Source: Candidatus Poribacteria bacterium (GTDB lineage: Bacteria > Poribacteria > WGA-4E > PCPOR2b). Taken from it: a DNA stretch of 64,000 nt. Positions 9,511 to 19,076 of the stretch are shown here, piece by piece. The DNA is taken from contig OZ244042.1 in assembly GCA_965215015.1 (NCBI GenBank), positions 4,064,001 through 4,128,000 of the forward strand, written 5' to 3'. The notes beneath the pieces are model-generated. The model worked only from the letters and a program-made list of their open reading frames with translations. It was not told the DNA's origin and ran no database searches. The position numbers and the translations under genes were made by a program. The stretch's first letter is position 1. Every line of letters starts with the position of its first letter.

Positions 9511-10347
9511 ACGACCACTGCAATTTCTAACATCTTTGTTATAATGGGCAAAGAGATACAAGATTCTCGGCGCAACCGATGGTTTCTACTGTTTGCGGTT
9601 GTTTTTACCGGACTAGCACTCGGATTAAGTACGCTCGGATTTTCGGGGCTAGGGACTTTCGGCGTAGCAGGCTTTGGGCGCACTGTTGCCAGCCTCATCA
9701 ATCTTGTTGTACTGATTGCGCCACTGATGGGTTTACTGCTCGGTGCCATCAGTATATCGGGTGAACGGGAACGGGGAAGTTTACTTCCGATTCTAGCGCA
9801 GCCTGTGACGCCAACGGAAGTATTGCTCGGAAAGTTTTTCGGAACAGCATCCGCACTCACTGCAGCAATCCTTTTCGGATTCGGACTGAGCGGATTTGTG
9901 ATTGCGTGGCGAGGCGGCTTCGCCCAACTGGATGACTACCTGATGCTGGTGGGGTTGACCTTGCTGCTCGGTCTTGTCCATCTCAGCATTGGCTTCTGTT
10001 TATCTGTTCTCACATCAAAAAGCGCGACAACATTGAGCCTTGCCCTAATCCTATGGTTGTCAATTGTGTTTCTGAGTGATCTCGGGCTCATTGGGACAGC
10101 AATTGTGTTAAAATTATCTCCGGAAATATTGCTCGCAGCGGTGCTGCTAAATCCGGTACAGGTTTTCAAATTGGCGGCGATTCAGATGATACAGGGGAAC
10201 TTAGAATTACTCGGCACTGCAGGACGCTACGCTGCGGATGTGCTAGGGGATTTCTTGCTGCCGGTACTGATGACATTCCTTATTTTCTGGATGCTTATCC
10301 CACTCGGAATTGCAATTTACATCTTTCCACGAAGGGGTGCACAATGA
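9511..10347 (+). CDS. nosY: NosY ABC permease (start probably ACG 9511; first ATG is at 9544)
   Basis: KE..D.RRNRW, ERERGSL..L.QP, LLGKF, LLNPV; multiple TM segments; position after nosF. Confidence 0.9.
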   Translation, partial: TTTAISNIFVIMGKEIQDSRRNRWFLLFAVVFTGLALGLSTLGFSGLGTFGVAGFGRTVASLINLVVLIAPLMGLLLGAISISGERERGSLLPILAQPVTPTEVLLGKFFGTASALTAAILFGFGLSGFVIAWRGGFAQLDDYLMLVGLTLLLGLVHLSIGFCLSVLTSKSATTLSLALILWLSIVFLSDLGLIGTAIVLKLSPEILLAAVLLNPVQVFKLAAIQMIQGNLELLGTAGRYAADVLGDFLLPVLMTFLIFWMLIPLGIAIYIFPRRGAQ

Positions 10348-10817
10348 AATTGATGAAGATGGAAGGTAGGGAAACACCCGTTACTGGTTTCGTATCTATT
10401 CTACTTATCATCGGATTAATCATGACCGGATGCGGGTTTCAAGATAACGGTGCCCCCCGCATCCGATACGGTGAAGAAACCTGCGATCGATGCCGCATGA
10501 TTATCAGTGAAAAGCGGTTCGCCGCTGCATATCGAACCGAATCCGGTGTATTGCGAAAGTTCGACGATTTGGGTTGTGCAGTGCTCCACCCTAAAGAACA
10601 AAGGGAAACGGTAACGCAATTTTGGGGATATGACTACGAAGAAACCGATTGGTTAGAGGTAAAACAAGCGTTTTTGGTACATAGTTCAGAGCTATTGACC
10701 CCGATGGGGTATGGAATTGTTGCCCTTACAACCGCTGAAAAAGCCACAACACTAGCAAAAAAGGTAAATGGTCAGATAGTGCAGTTTGACCAGCTTTATC
10801 CAATTTTACAACCGTAA
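10344..10817 (+). CDS. nosL: NosL copper chaperone lipoprotein
   Basis: Lipobox IMTGC; CDRCRMII, FDDLGC, TPMGYG. Confidence 0.92.
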   Translation: MKLMKMEGRETPVTGFVSILLIIGLIMTGCGFQDNGAPRIRYGEETCDRCRMIISEKRFAAAYRTESGVLRKFDDLGCAVLHPKEQRETVTQFWGYDYEETDWLEVKQAFLVHSSELLTPMGYGIVALTTAEKATTLAKKVNGQIVQFDQLYPILQP

Positions 10818-10832
10818 ATGAGAGGAGAATGA

Positions 10833-11609
10833 ATGATGTTACTCAAACGAACCGTATACATCGGATTGGTACTAACCTCGGTTTTATGTACTGTAGCTGT
10901 TGTCCAGTTGGGTTGGACGACGGAACAGGAAAAAGTTGACCCTTCCATATCGCAAACCGAAGCAACACCGGATACCGCTACCATCATTGGCACGGTGAAA
11001 TTTGAAGGGGAGGCACCTTTCCGGCGTGCAATTAATTTCGGTGCCAATTTGGACTGCAAACGGCTACACGATGGCAAAGTTTATTACGAGGATGTTATCA
11101 TCAATCAGAATGAGACCCTCAAGGATACGCTTGTTTATGTCAGAGGGAAACCGAAAGGTGACTACAAGCCATCGAGTAAACCTTTTGTAGTCGATCAGAT
11201 AGGTTGTATATTTATCCCACACGTTGCGGCGGTAATGGTCGGTCAACCGATGGAGTTCCTCAATAGCGATCCGGCACTTCATAATATCCGAACTGAATCC
11301 AAGAAGCAGACTCCGTTTAACATTTCCCAGCCGAATAAAGGTATGAAATACACGCACCAATTTGAGGCAGCCGAAATTGGCATTCCGCTCCGGTGCGATG
11401 TGCATCACTGGATGGTCGCTTACGCTCATGTCCTATCTCACCCATTCTTTGCCGTTACCGGCGAGAAAGGCACTTTCAAGATTCAAGGGCTGGTGCCTCG
11501 TACTTACAACATCGAGGCATGGCATAGTAAGCTGGGCAAACAGGTACAGAAAATTAAGTTGGAGGCAGGAGAAACCAAGAGGGTGGATTTTGTATTTACT
11601 AGCGAGTGA
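10833..11609 (+). CDS. Exported cupredoxin-like / carboxypeptidase-regulatory-like domain protein
   Basis: N-terminal hydrophobic signal; DQ.GC.F.PHV, NSD..LHN, CDVHHWM. Confidence 0.7.
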   Translation: MMLLKRTVYIGLVLTSVLCTVAVVQLGWTTEQEKVDPSISQTEATPDTATIIGTVKFEGEAPFRRAINFGANLDCKRLHDGKVYYEDVIINQNETLKDTLVYVRGKPKGDYKPSSKPFVVDQIGCIFIPHVAAVMVGQPMEFLNSDPALHNIRTESKKQTPFNISQPNKGMKYTHQFEAAEIGIPLRCDVHHWMVAYAHVLSHPFFAVTGEKGTFKIQGLVPRTYNIEAWHSKLGKQVQKIKLEAGETKRVDFVFTSE

Positions 11610-11789
11610 CAGGTTCAACGGTCACGAATACTGCCTCCGGCATCGTTTAGGAATTTATTGGTTCATGAGTTCGTTGGGTCATTGCACCATAACGAGACGA
11701 CCAAAAATGAGCATTTTCCCGTCTTTCCGTTTTCTGGCCTTCACCTTTCACACATCGCGTTATCAACAGTTGCAAAGTCGCACCATTGG

Positions 11790-14282
11790 TTACATCCCAA
11801 ACCAATACCGACATTTTATGAGGTAGATATTTGACCCGACATCGGTGAAACTGGTTCTCAAGCGGTGAAACGGACGGAATTCGAGGTCTGCTTCTCCCAC
11901 ATGGGCTAAATCCACTTCCCGCGATTGAGACCAAACCAAAAATAGGGTGCTGCCGGGGCGGAATTCCCAGCGCAGCACGGTGTTGCCGCGCAAAGATCGT
12001 CGATGGAAGTCCCGGTTCTCATTCAGGGGGTACGGCTTGAACTGATATGACTTCGGTTCGAGCAACTCCTTGAAACCCGTATAGTCTCCGATGGTGATGA
12101 AGGGCTGCACGTAGAACTGAAGGCTCAACGTCGGGGTAAAGCTGATGCTTGCACGGGTGGTGAAGTCGAGCGTTCGATTCGTCAACTCCCCGTAGATGTA
12201 GTGTTTTTCAACCTGCCCGTTGATCTGCTTTTCAACCATCTCTACCCACTGTGCATCCTTTACCTGATAGGCGTAACTTGGCCCAACGCTCAGTTCAATG
12301 TTGGAGGTTGGTTGAATACGCAGGAGTAGATCTACATCGTAGTCATACGAACGTCTATCGTCATTCCATGCGAAAACGGGATTTAACTCCAACCGAATCA
12401 TCTTGCGACTATCGGTAGAGAGCTGCGTATAAATCCACCAACCTGCGGGATTTTTGATTAGCGTTCCCCCCCGCCTAACATCGTGATCACTAAACGACTC
12501 GAGGTTGCGTCCCACCCAGAGGTCATAATCCCAATAGTTCTTGAAACGCCCGGCTGTCCATATCTCGACATAGCCGCTGATATGGGTCCTGTCATAATTC
12601 CACGTCTGCCAGCCGTAAAGCCCTAGGATGGCACGTCGGAAAATGCTAAACGGCTTCTCCTTCCGCGCCGTGAGGTCGTAACCCCATTCTAGCATGTCTG
12701 CGCGACGATTGAAACCAAGGTCGTTGATCTCCAGGTCCGGCGAGAGCATTCTAAAACTGGTCTCCCCTCTTAACCAGCCGCCCCGTTTGTCGAACTCAAT
12801 GTGTGCAAGGTAGCCCGATTGGCGTGCCACCTGCTTTCCTGCCTGACTTGCCGCCAACGTGCCGGTCAATTGAAATCGCTCTTCGGCAAACTTTACATCC
12901 CAATCGACCCCACCGACATAGGCGGCGTTGGAATCCTGTCGATTCACGGCAGTCATTATCAACCCAACGACCGAATTTCCTTTCAGCACGTCTTGATTGA
13001 TTCGTCCGACAAAGTAGTTGGTTAACGGTTCGATGAGGAACTCGCGTTGAATTTTCTGACCATCGACCTTCTCCTCAATTTGCGCGTACTCCGGCGCAGT
13101 GACCGCCTCCATGATACCAAAATGGGTGTTGCCTTGGGTTTTCCCAACAATTTTGGCGGCACCGAGAATCGTGGTCGACTCCGGGCGGCTCAGTTCGAGG
13201 GCTCCGTTGGGAAGTTCAAAGTGCCCCGGCCGCCGCCCGATTCGCCGTGAATAAAAGAAGCTATAGTCCAAGTTTTCAAAAATCCTTGCACCTTTCACAA
13301 AGAAGGGGCGACGCTCATTAAAATACTCCTCATAAGCTGAGAGATTTAAGCTCGCAGGGTCCGCTTCCACCTGTCCGAAGTCGGGGTTAATCGTGGCATT
13401 GAGCGAAATCCCGGAGCTAATCCCATATTGAACATCGGTGCCAAAATTGCCCCACAACTCGGTGTCATCGTTGAGGCGTGTGCGTCCCATGGCGTAAGGT
13501 ACAAGCTCCAAATGACGGGAGGGGTGGATATCTTTGATACCAGTGAGGTCCCCAAAGCGAGATGCCCAGCCGGGCTCATCGCGCTTGATGAAACGCCAGT
13601 GATCTTGCTCTTTTTTGCGGCTGATGTATCGTTCGACCTGTAGCCCCCAAGTGTATTCATTTTTCGGGGAAAAACGCAATATATGAAACGGGATTTTATA
13701 TTCTGCCACCCATCCATTGTCGTGTATCTGGGTTTTCACTTCCCAAACGCCGTCCCATGTGCTGTCCCACCAGCCGGTCTCAGGCGCGATACCGTCGGTC
13801 ACGGAGCCGGAGGGATAAGCAGTAAACCAGAATGCGCTCTGCCGGTTGTAGTGCGGATCCAGGCTGAGGGTGACTTTATCCGATTCAACGTGATTGTCTC
13901 GCCTGACCAGTCGGGAGACAATTTTATCGGGTTCATTCTCATAACACATGACTGCAAAATAGACCGCTTCGTCATCGTAGGCAATCTGGAACGTGGTGCG
14001 TTCCGTTGCCGGTTTTCCTTCATCCGGGTCACGCTGCCGAAAGCCTTCGTGGAGGGGGGCACTTTTCCATATCTCGTCGTCCAAAACGCCATCTAACTGC
14101 GGCGGCACACCGTTAATTTGGATGGCGGTCGCGGTTCTGTGATGTAAGTCCTTATCATCTGCAGCATGTATGTCGCCTGGGGATTGAACCGCTAAAACGA
14201 TGGGGAGAAGCACCCAGACGACCCAAAAGTTAAAACCAATTTTCACAGTTGTTTTCTCTCCTTTGCGTAGTTGTTTGTCCAT
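11790..14282 (-). CDS. DUF5916 family protein with N-terminal CBM9-like domain
   Basis: LDGVLDDEIW, NPDFGQVEADP...NL.A.E.YF.ERRPFF, FYSRRIG; signal peptide. Confidence 0.8.
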   Translation of the reverse strand: MDKQLRKGEKTTVKIGFNFWVVWVLLPIVLAVQSPGDIHAADDKDLHHRTATAIQINGVPPQLDGVLDDEIWKSAPLHEGFRQRDPDEGKPATERTTFQIAYDDEAVYFAVMCYENEPDKIVSRLVRRDNHVESDKVTLSLDPHYNRQSAFWFTAYPSGSVTDGIAPETGWWDSTWDGVWEVKTQIHDNGWVAEYKIPFHILRFSPKNEYTWGLQVERYISRKKEQDHWRFIKRDEPGWASRFGDLTGIKDIHPSRHLELVPYAMGRTRLNDDTELWGNFGTDVQYGISSGISLNATINPDFGQVEADPASLNLSAYEEYFNERRPFFVKGARIFENLDYSFFYSRRIGRRPGHFELPNGALELSRPESTTILGAAKIVGKTQGNTHFGIMEAVTAPEYAQIEEKVDGQKIQREFLIEPLTNYFVGRINQDVLKGNSVVGLIMTAVNRQDSNAAYVGGVDWDVKFAEERFQLTGTLAASQAGKQVARQSGYLAHIEFDKRGGWLRGETSFRMLSPDLEINDLGFNRRADMLEWGYDLTARKEKPFSIFRRAILGLYGWQTWNYDRTHISGYVEIWTAGRFKNYWDYDLWVGRNLESFSDHDVRRGGTLIKNPAGWWIYTQLSTDSRKMIRLELNPVFAWNDDRRSYDYDVDLLLRIQPTSNIELSVGPSYAYQVKDAQWVEMVEKQINGQVEKHYIYGELTNRTLDFTTRASISFTPTLSLQFYVQPFITIGDYTGFKELLEPKSYQFKPYPLNENRDFHRRSLRGNTVLRWEFRPGSTLFLVWSQSREVDLAHVGEADLEFRPFHRLRTSFTDVGSNIYLIKCRYWFGM

Positions 14283-14330
14283 TGAAACCCGGTTTCTGCG
14301 ATAGAATTCAAATTTTCTCGATTCATACCA

Positions 14331-14450
14331 CCGATAGGTGGGGCATCTTGCCTCATCTGCCGCCTGAGCCTCCTATCTGTATCCGTGTTTTCTGTGCCCT
14401 CTGTTTCAGCCGTGATTCAGACAATAATTATGAGCACCCCTCAACTAAAT
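14331..14450 (-). repeat. 120-bp dispersed element, copy 2 (inverted relative to 2859-2978)
   Basis: Reverse complement aligns without gaps to 2859-2978. Confidence 0.8.
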
Positions 14451-14693
14451 AACCTTGGCGAAGGGTATGTTTTTTCTTGACAAGTATACTCACCACTGAT
14501 AAGATGCACCTGTTGTTTACATCATTTTTCGGGGTGGGACACTTGGGTTGTCCCTTAACTTCGCTTAGGATTTACGCCTATACGCGGCTTGAACTCTATC
14601 ACAACAATACCCCCATCCCAGAGCCGAACGGCGCAGTGCGAAAGGTCGAAGCGTATTCCACCCCATTTACTCCCGCAGACTAGGAGAGGAACT

Positions 14694-15671
14694 ATGCGAT
14701 TCTCGATTCTTACCCTCAGCCTTTGGCTGGTCGCGAGCCCCCTTTGGGGCAAAATTGTGTTTCACTCCAAGCGAGATGGAAACTTTGAAATCTACGTGAT
14801 GGAATCGGACGGGAGTAACCCAACGCGGCTGACACATAACGAGGCGGCTGATTTTTTCCCCGTCTGGTCTCCTAACAGGAGACAGATTGCTTTCGGGAGC
14901 AGGTGGGATGGCAACGAGGATATTTATGTGATGGATGCCGATGGGAACAACCAACGCAACCTGACCCTTCATCCCGCGTTTGAGGGTTCACCCACCTGGT
15001 CGCCTGATGGGTCGCAGATTGCCTTTATTAGCAGTCGGGATGGCGGTGTGACCCACGATTCCAACATTTACGTGATGGATGCCGATGGAGGCAACATCCG
15101 GCCGATTACACGAGGACTGAGTTTTGTTGGAAAAGTGGAGTGGTCTCCGGACGGTAGATATATCGCCTTTGAAGGCCACATCAATAACCCCTTTAAGGTC
15201 AACGAGCCTCGGACAGTCTACGCGATTGACCCCGATGGGACGAGCCGCTGGCAGGTGAGCGAGCCGGTGGCCGGTAAGGTGATGTTTTTGGAGGGGTGGT
15301 CGCCGGATGGGAAAAAGATTTTGTATGCCGAGACCATCAACAATTCGGTAAAAGGTGCCCTCCTGATTATCGCCACCCTCCATCCGATAAGGAATGTGCG
15401 TCAGGTCGTGAAGTATGAACGGGTGCCGCTCCCTAAGATGGATATGGCGTATGCTACATGGGGTGCCGATGGGGAGTCGATTCTCGTTACCCTGAGAAAA
15501 GAGGGTGGTGCCTGGAATATCTATCGTTTTCGTCTTGGCAACCGTCAGCTTATCCAGTTGACAGATCATCCCGTTACGGATAGTGGTGCCCGGGAATGGA
15601 ATCCGCGCTTGCCGGTTTCAGGGCAGGGGTTGGCTCCAAAGCGTTGGGGGGAAATCAGATCTAACTCATGA
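14694..15671 (+). CDS. TolB-like WD40/PD40 beta-propeller secreted protein
   Basis: Repeated P.WSPDG..IAF and IYVMDADG; signal peptide MRFSIL after RBS GGAGAGG. Confidence 0.85.
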   Translation: MRFSILTLSLWLVASPLWGKIVFHSKRDGNFEIYVMESDGSNPTRLTHNEAADFFPVWSPNRRQIAFGSRWDGNEDIYVMDADGNNQRNLTLHPAFEGSPTWSPDGSQIAFISSRDGGVTHDSNIYVMDADGGNIRPITRGLSFVGKVEWSPDGRYIAFEGHINNPFKVNEPRTVYAIDPDGTSRWQVSEPVAGKVMFLEGWSPDGKKILYAETINNSVKGALLIIATLHPIRNVRQVVKYERVPLPKMDMAYATWGADGESILVTLRKEGGAWNIYRFRLGNRQLIQLTDHPVTDSGAREWNPRLPVSGQGLAPKRWGEIRSNS

Positions 15672-15809
15672 CGTAACTGAGGGATTGGGTTGCCCCAATC
15701 CCTCAACCTTTCAACCCCTGTTGACACCCCTTTACATAAAAACGGTGATCGTAGGCGACATATTCTTGCCCGACTTCTCACCTATAAACTTCGCAGCCGA
15801 TTAAAAAAG

Positions 15810-15839
15810 TTGTCAAAACCGGGTGGTTTGTGCTATAAT
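15810..15839 (+). promoter_or_regulatory. sigma70-type promoter with extended -10
   Basis: TTGTCA-18bp-TATAAT with a TG dinucleotide; duplicated near 18095-18123. Confidence 0.6.
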
Positions 15840-15852
15840 CTCTTATCAATTA

Positions 15853-16077
15853 TAGGAGTTACGCCCTTGGGTGTGTAGCCAGTTCATCCAACCCGCGTCC
15901 CGATAGCGGATAGATCGGAGGACCTGTCGCGCCCCGATGAATCGGGTGTTGCGAGGCATGTTCGCCGAATTTGTAATCGTGGGACAGACCGACCCACCCT
16001 TGATGGAATTGACGTTTCGGTGTCGAGATATGAATATAGACCGCCAAGGCTTCGAGGGTTCAACGGCGTAAGTCCTA
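15853..16077. mobile_element. MITE-like element with TAGGA(G/C)TTACGC...GCGTAAGTCCTA terminal inverted repeats
   Basis: TIR pair present; a shorter allele lies at 18137-18228, a relative at 61640-61752, and solo ends at 16497 and near 41852. Confidence 0.6.
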
Positions 16078-16102
16078 AATTATTTGGAAGAGGGACAGGT
16101 TT

Positions 16103-16399
16103 TTGCCAAACAATCGAATCCGCATCAATCCAACCGGCTGGGTAATTGGGGTTTTTTATGCTCTGATGGCAATTGGGTTGGTTGGAGTGGCACATGAACA
16201 CGACCATACTATCCTCGGTTCGACAGATTGTTCTGCTTGCTTCTTCAATGTCAGCCACGTTGGTGTCGAGCTTGATGTTGTTGAAATTACTAATCTTGAT
16301 ACCTGCCTCTTAATTCCCCCCCCTTTCGGCTTCACTTTCATTTCCCCGATACTTGACAACAGTATCCAAAGTCGTGCCCCGCCAGTTTTCTCCGTTTAA
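16103..16399 (+). CDS. DUF2946/CruR-like leader peptide (TM, HxHxH, CxxC, C-terminal RAPP)
   Basis: Hydrophobic N-terminus, HEHDH, CSAC, SRAPP; lies upstream of a metal-binding gene. Confidence 0.7.
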   Translation: MPNNRIRINPTGWVIGVFYALMAIGLVGVAHEHDHTILGSTDCSACFFNVSHVGVELDVVEITNLDTCLLIPPPFGFTFISPILDNSIQSRAPPVFSV

Positions 16400-16670
16400 T
16401 CTCCTCGTTTCACCCATATCTCTGTTTTTTTAATCTAATCAATTTCTGCCTTTTTCCGGCTGATTTGACTTTGGTGATAGTCTACCTATATTTCCTTAGG
16501 ACTTACGCACTTCAGTAGGGCCCACAGATCGGTGTCCCCTACGAGTTCCTTCTGGCACATGGTGCACTCTTTTCTGGTGTTAGCATTGAGCCTTCAACGG
16601 CGTCGGTCTCATTACTATTTCATCAGTTGTGATGCTGGGAAAAACAATCTATCTATATTTGGAGGACATT

Positions 16671-17255
16671 ATGTTTACGCATTTCTTTAGATTCACGCTA
16701 TTGCTATTCGCATTTGTTGTGTTGTTCGCCGCTTGTGGCGAAGATGATAATCCCGTTGCTGACGCGGACGGTGGTCATGCCGAGCATGCCGATGCTGACG
16801 GCTTTACCCTCAAGGTTGACGGGAGGGAGATCTACCGTCAGTTTCAGGGAACTCATGAGGGAAATATCACCCTTAAAGTTGGGGAGGAATTAGAGATTCT
16901 CGCTGCATTCCTTGACCATGATGAAGATGAATTTTTCCCTGAAAGCGCTGAAGAGGAGGAAGATCATGACGATCATGACCATGATGAGGAAGAGGTATAT
17001 GCCTTATCTGTCAGTGAATTTGATTCGTCAATCATTGAAATCCACCTTTACGAAGGTGAGGGCGATCATCATGAAGATGAGCACAATGACCATCATGAAG
17101 ATGAGGAACACCACGATGATGAGCTCGCCGAGCAATTCACTTTTGAGGTGAAAGGCCTTAAAAGTGGTGAGACAGAGATTAAGTTCCAGCTCTGGCATGG
17201 CGATCATGCAGATTTTACGGCGGCACTCCTGATTCCAGTAACGGTTACACCGTAG
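16671..17255 (+). CDS. His/Asp/Glu-rich metal-binding lipoprotein
   Basis: Lipobox FAAC; DHDDHDH and DHHEDEHNDHH tracts; LWHGDHADF; RBS GGAGG. Confidence 0.8.
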   Translation: MFTHFFRFTLLLFAFVVLFAACGEDDNPVADADGGHAEHADADGFTLKVDGREIYRQFQGTHEGNITLKVGEELEILAAFLDHDEDEFFPESAEEEEDHDDHDHDEEEVYALSVSEFDSSIIEIHLYEGEGDHHEDEHNDHHEDEEHHDDELAEQFTFEVKGLKSGETEIKFQLWHGDHADFTAALLIPVTVTP

Positions 17256-18032
17256 GGGAATTTACTTTGGGAATTGCAGTGTTGGTTCATTCGCTCAAAG
17301 GTGTATTGAGCTGATGGGCTCTATACATTGCGCTCCCCTGGAACGCGGGTATTAGGGATATAGGCAGTTGAGCCATCAGAACCTTGGTTCAACTGCCATT
17401 GTTTATGTCCTATAGTCATAGGTATACGCCTTCTTCTCGCCGTTTACGGGGCCGGGTGTAAGGATTTTCCCCCCGTAACGAAGCCTCCATCTATCCCCCC
17501 GCAAGCAGGGGGAGGGGCGCGAGATCAAGTGTATCAGTCCTACACAATATTTAGATGCGATTACCCCATCTGTTGGCATTTGACAAATTGAACCCATCTC
17601 CGTTCCGAGAGTTTTCCATTAGTGTTTTGGGCAAGCACAAGGCCTGCTCTTACATTTAGGTGATTTTCTAAAATCGAAAATACCAAAAACATTGCGCTAT
17701 AGTGTTTTGTCAAAATATGAATATAGACTTACAGGAGCGTGGACCTTCTATAGTATGGTGTTGGGTTTCACAGTTCCCGTTCAATCCAATCTACACCACT
17801 GAGAATTGGGGCAGGCTTCCTCGCCTGACCTCAACCTAGCTTGATAAACAGAACACAATGCAAAACACCACACTGGAGAACTAAATAACTCTAAACTAAG
17901 ATATAAGAACGATTGAATGTGTAAGTAAATCGGTGTAAAATCCGCGACGGTTTTCCCACGCTTCAATGGGAACATGTTGTCATGGGTTCCGTCTCTTCAA
18001 ATAGACTGGGATTGTGTCTTTAGCACCGCAAT

Positions 18033-19076
18033 ATCGTAGGCGGCATATTCCTGCCCGACTTCTCAACTATAAACTTCGCAGCCGATTAAAAAAGTTGTTA
18101 AAACCAGGGGGTTGTGCTATAATCTCTTATCAATTATAGGAGTTACGCCCTTGATGGAATTGACGTTTCGGTGTCGAGATATGAATATAGACCGCCAAGG
18201 CTTCGAGGGTTCAACGGCGTAAGTCCTAAATTATTTGGAAGAGGGACAGGTTTTTGCAAAACAATCGAATCCACATCAATCCAACCGGCTGGGTAATTGG
18301 GATTTTTTATGCTCTGATGGCAATTGGGCTGGTTGGAGTGGCACATGAACATGAACACGACCACACTGTCCACTGTTCGACAGATTGTTCTGCTTGCTTC
18401 TTCAATATCAACCACGTTGGTGTTGAGCTTGATGTTGTTGAAATTACCAATCTTGATACCTGCCTCTCAATTCACCCCCCTTTCAGTTTCACTTTCATTT
18501 TCACGATACTTGACAACAGTATCCACAGTCGTGCCCCGCCAGTGTCCTCCGTTTAATCTCATCGCTTAACCCATATCTCTGTTTTTTTATCTAATCAATT
18601 TCTGCCTTTTTCTGGCTGATTTGACCTTGGTGATAGTCTGCCTATATTTCCTTAAGACTTACGCACTTTAGTAGGGCCCACGGATCGGTGTCCCCTACGA
18701 GTTCCTTCTGGCACCTGGTGCACTCTTTTCTGGTGTTGGCATTGAGCCTTCAACGGCGTCGGTCTTATTACTATTTCATTAGTCGTGATGCTGGGAAAAA
18801 CAATCTATCTATATTTGGAGGACATTATGTTTACGCATTTCTTTAGATTCACGCTATTGCTATTCGCATTTGTTGTGTTGTTCGCTGCTTATGGCGAAGA
18901 TGATAATCCTGTTGCCGACGCGGACGGTGGTCATGCCGAGCATGCCGATGCTGACGGCTTTACCCTCAAGGTTGACGGGAGGGAGATCTACCGTCAGTTT
19001 CAAGGAACTCATGAGGGCAATATCACCCTTAAAGTTGAAGAGGTATTAGATGTTCTCGCTGCGTTCCTTGACCATG
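18033..19076 (+). repeat. Segmental duplication copy 2
   Basis: Matches 15748-16920; homology ends at CTTGACCATG. Confidence 0.95.
18254..18556 (+). CDS. Second DUF2946/CruR-like leader peptide
   Basis: HEHEHDH, CSAC, HSRAPP; paralogue of 16103-16399. Confidence 0.7.
   Translation: MQNNRIHINPTGWVIGIFYALMAIGLVGVAHEHEHDHTVHCSTDCSACFFNINHVGVELDVVEITNLDTCLSIHPPFSFTFIFTILDNSIHSRAPPVSSV

Larger units (their letters stand above)
15748..16920 (+). repeat. Segmental duplication copy 1 (promoter, leader ORF, start of lipoprotein gene)
   Basis: Highly similar to 18033-19076 apart from a 133-bp indel and small indels. Confidence 0.95.

Noticed and set aside
15831-15856. Fur/Zur box at the metal-module promoter
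   Set aside because: AT-rich, but no convincing inverted repeat could be matched by eye.
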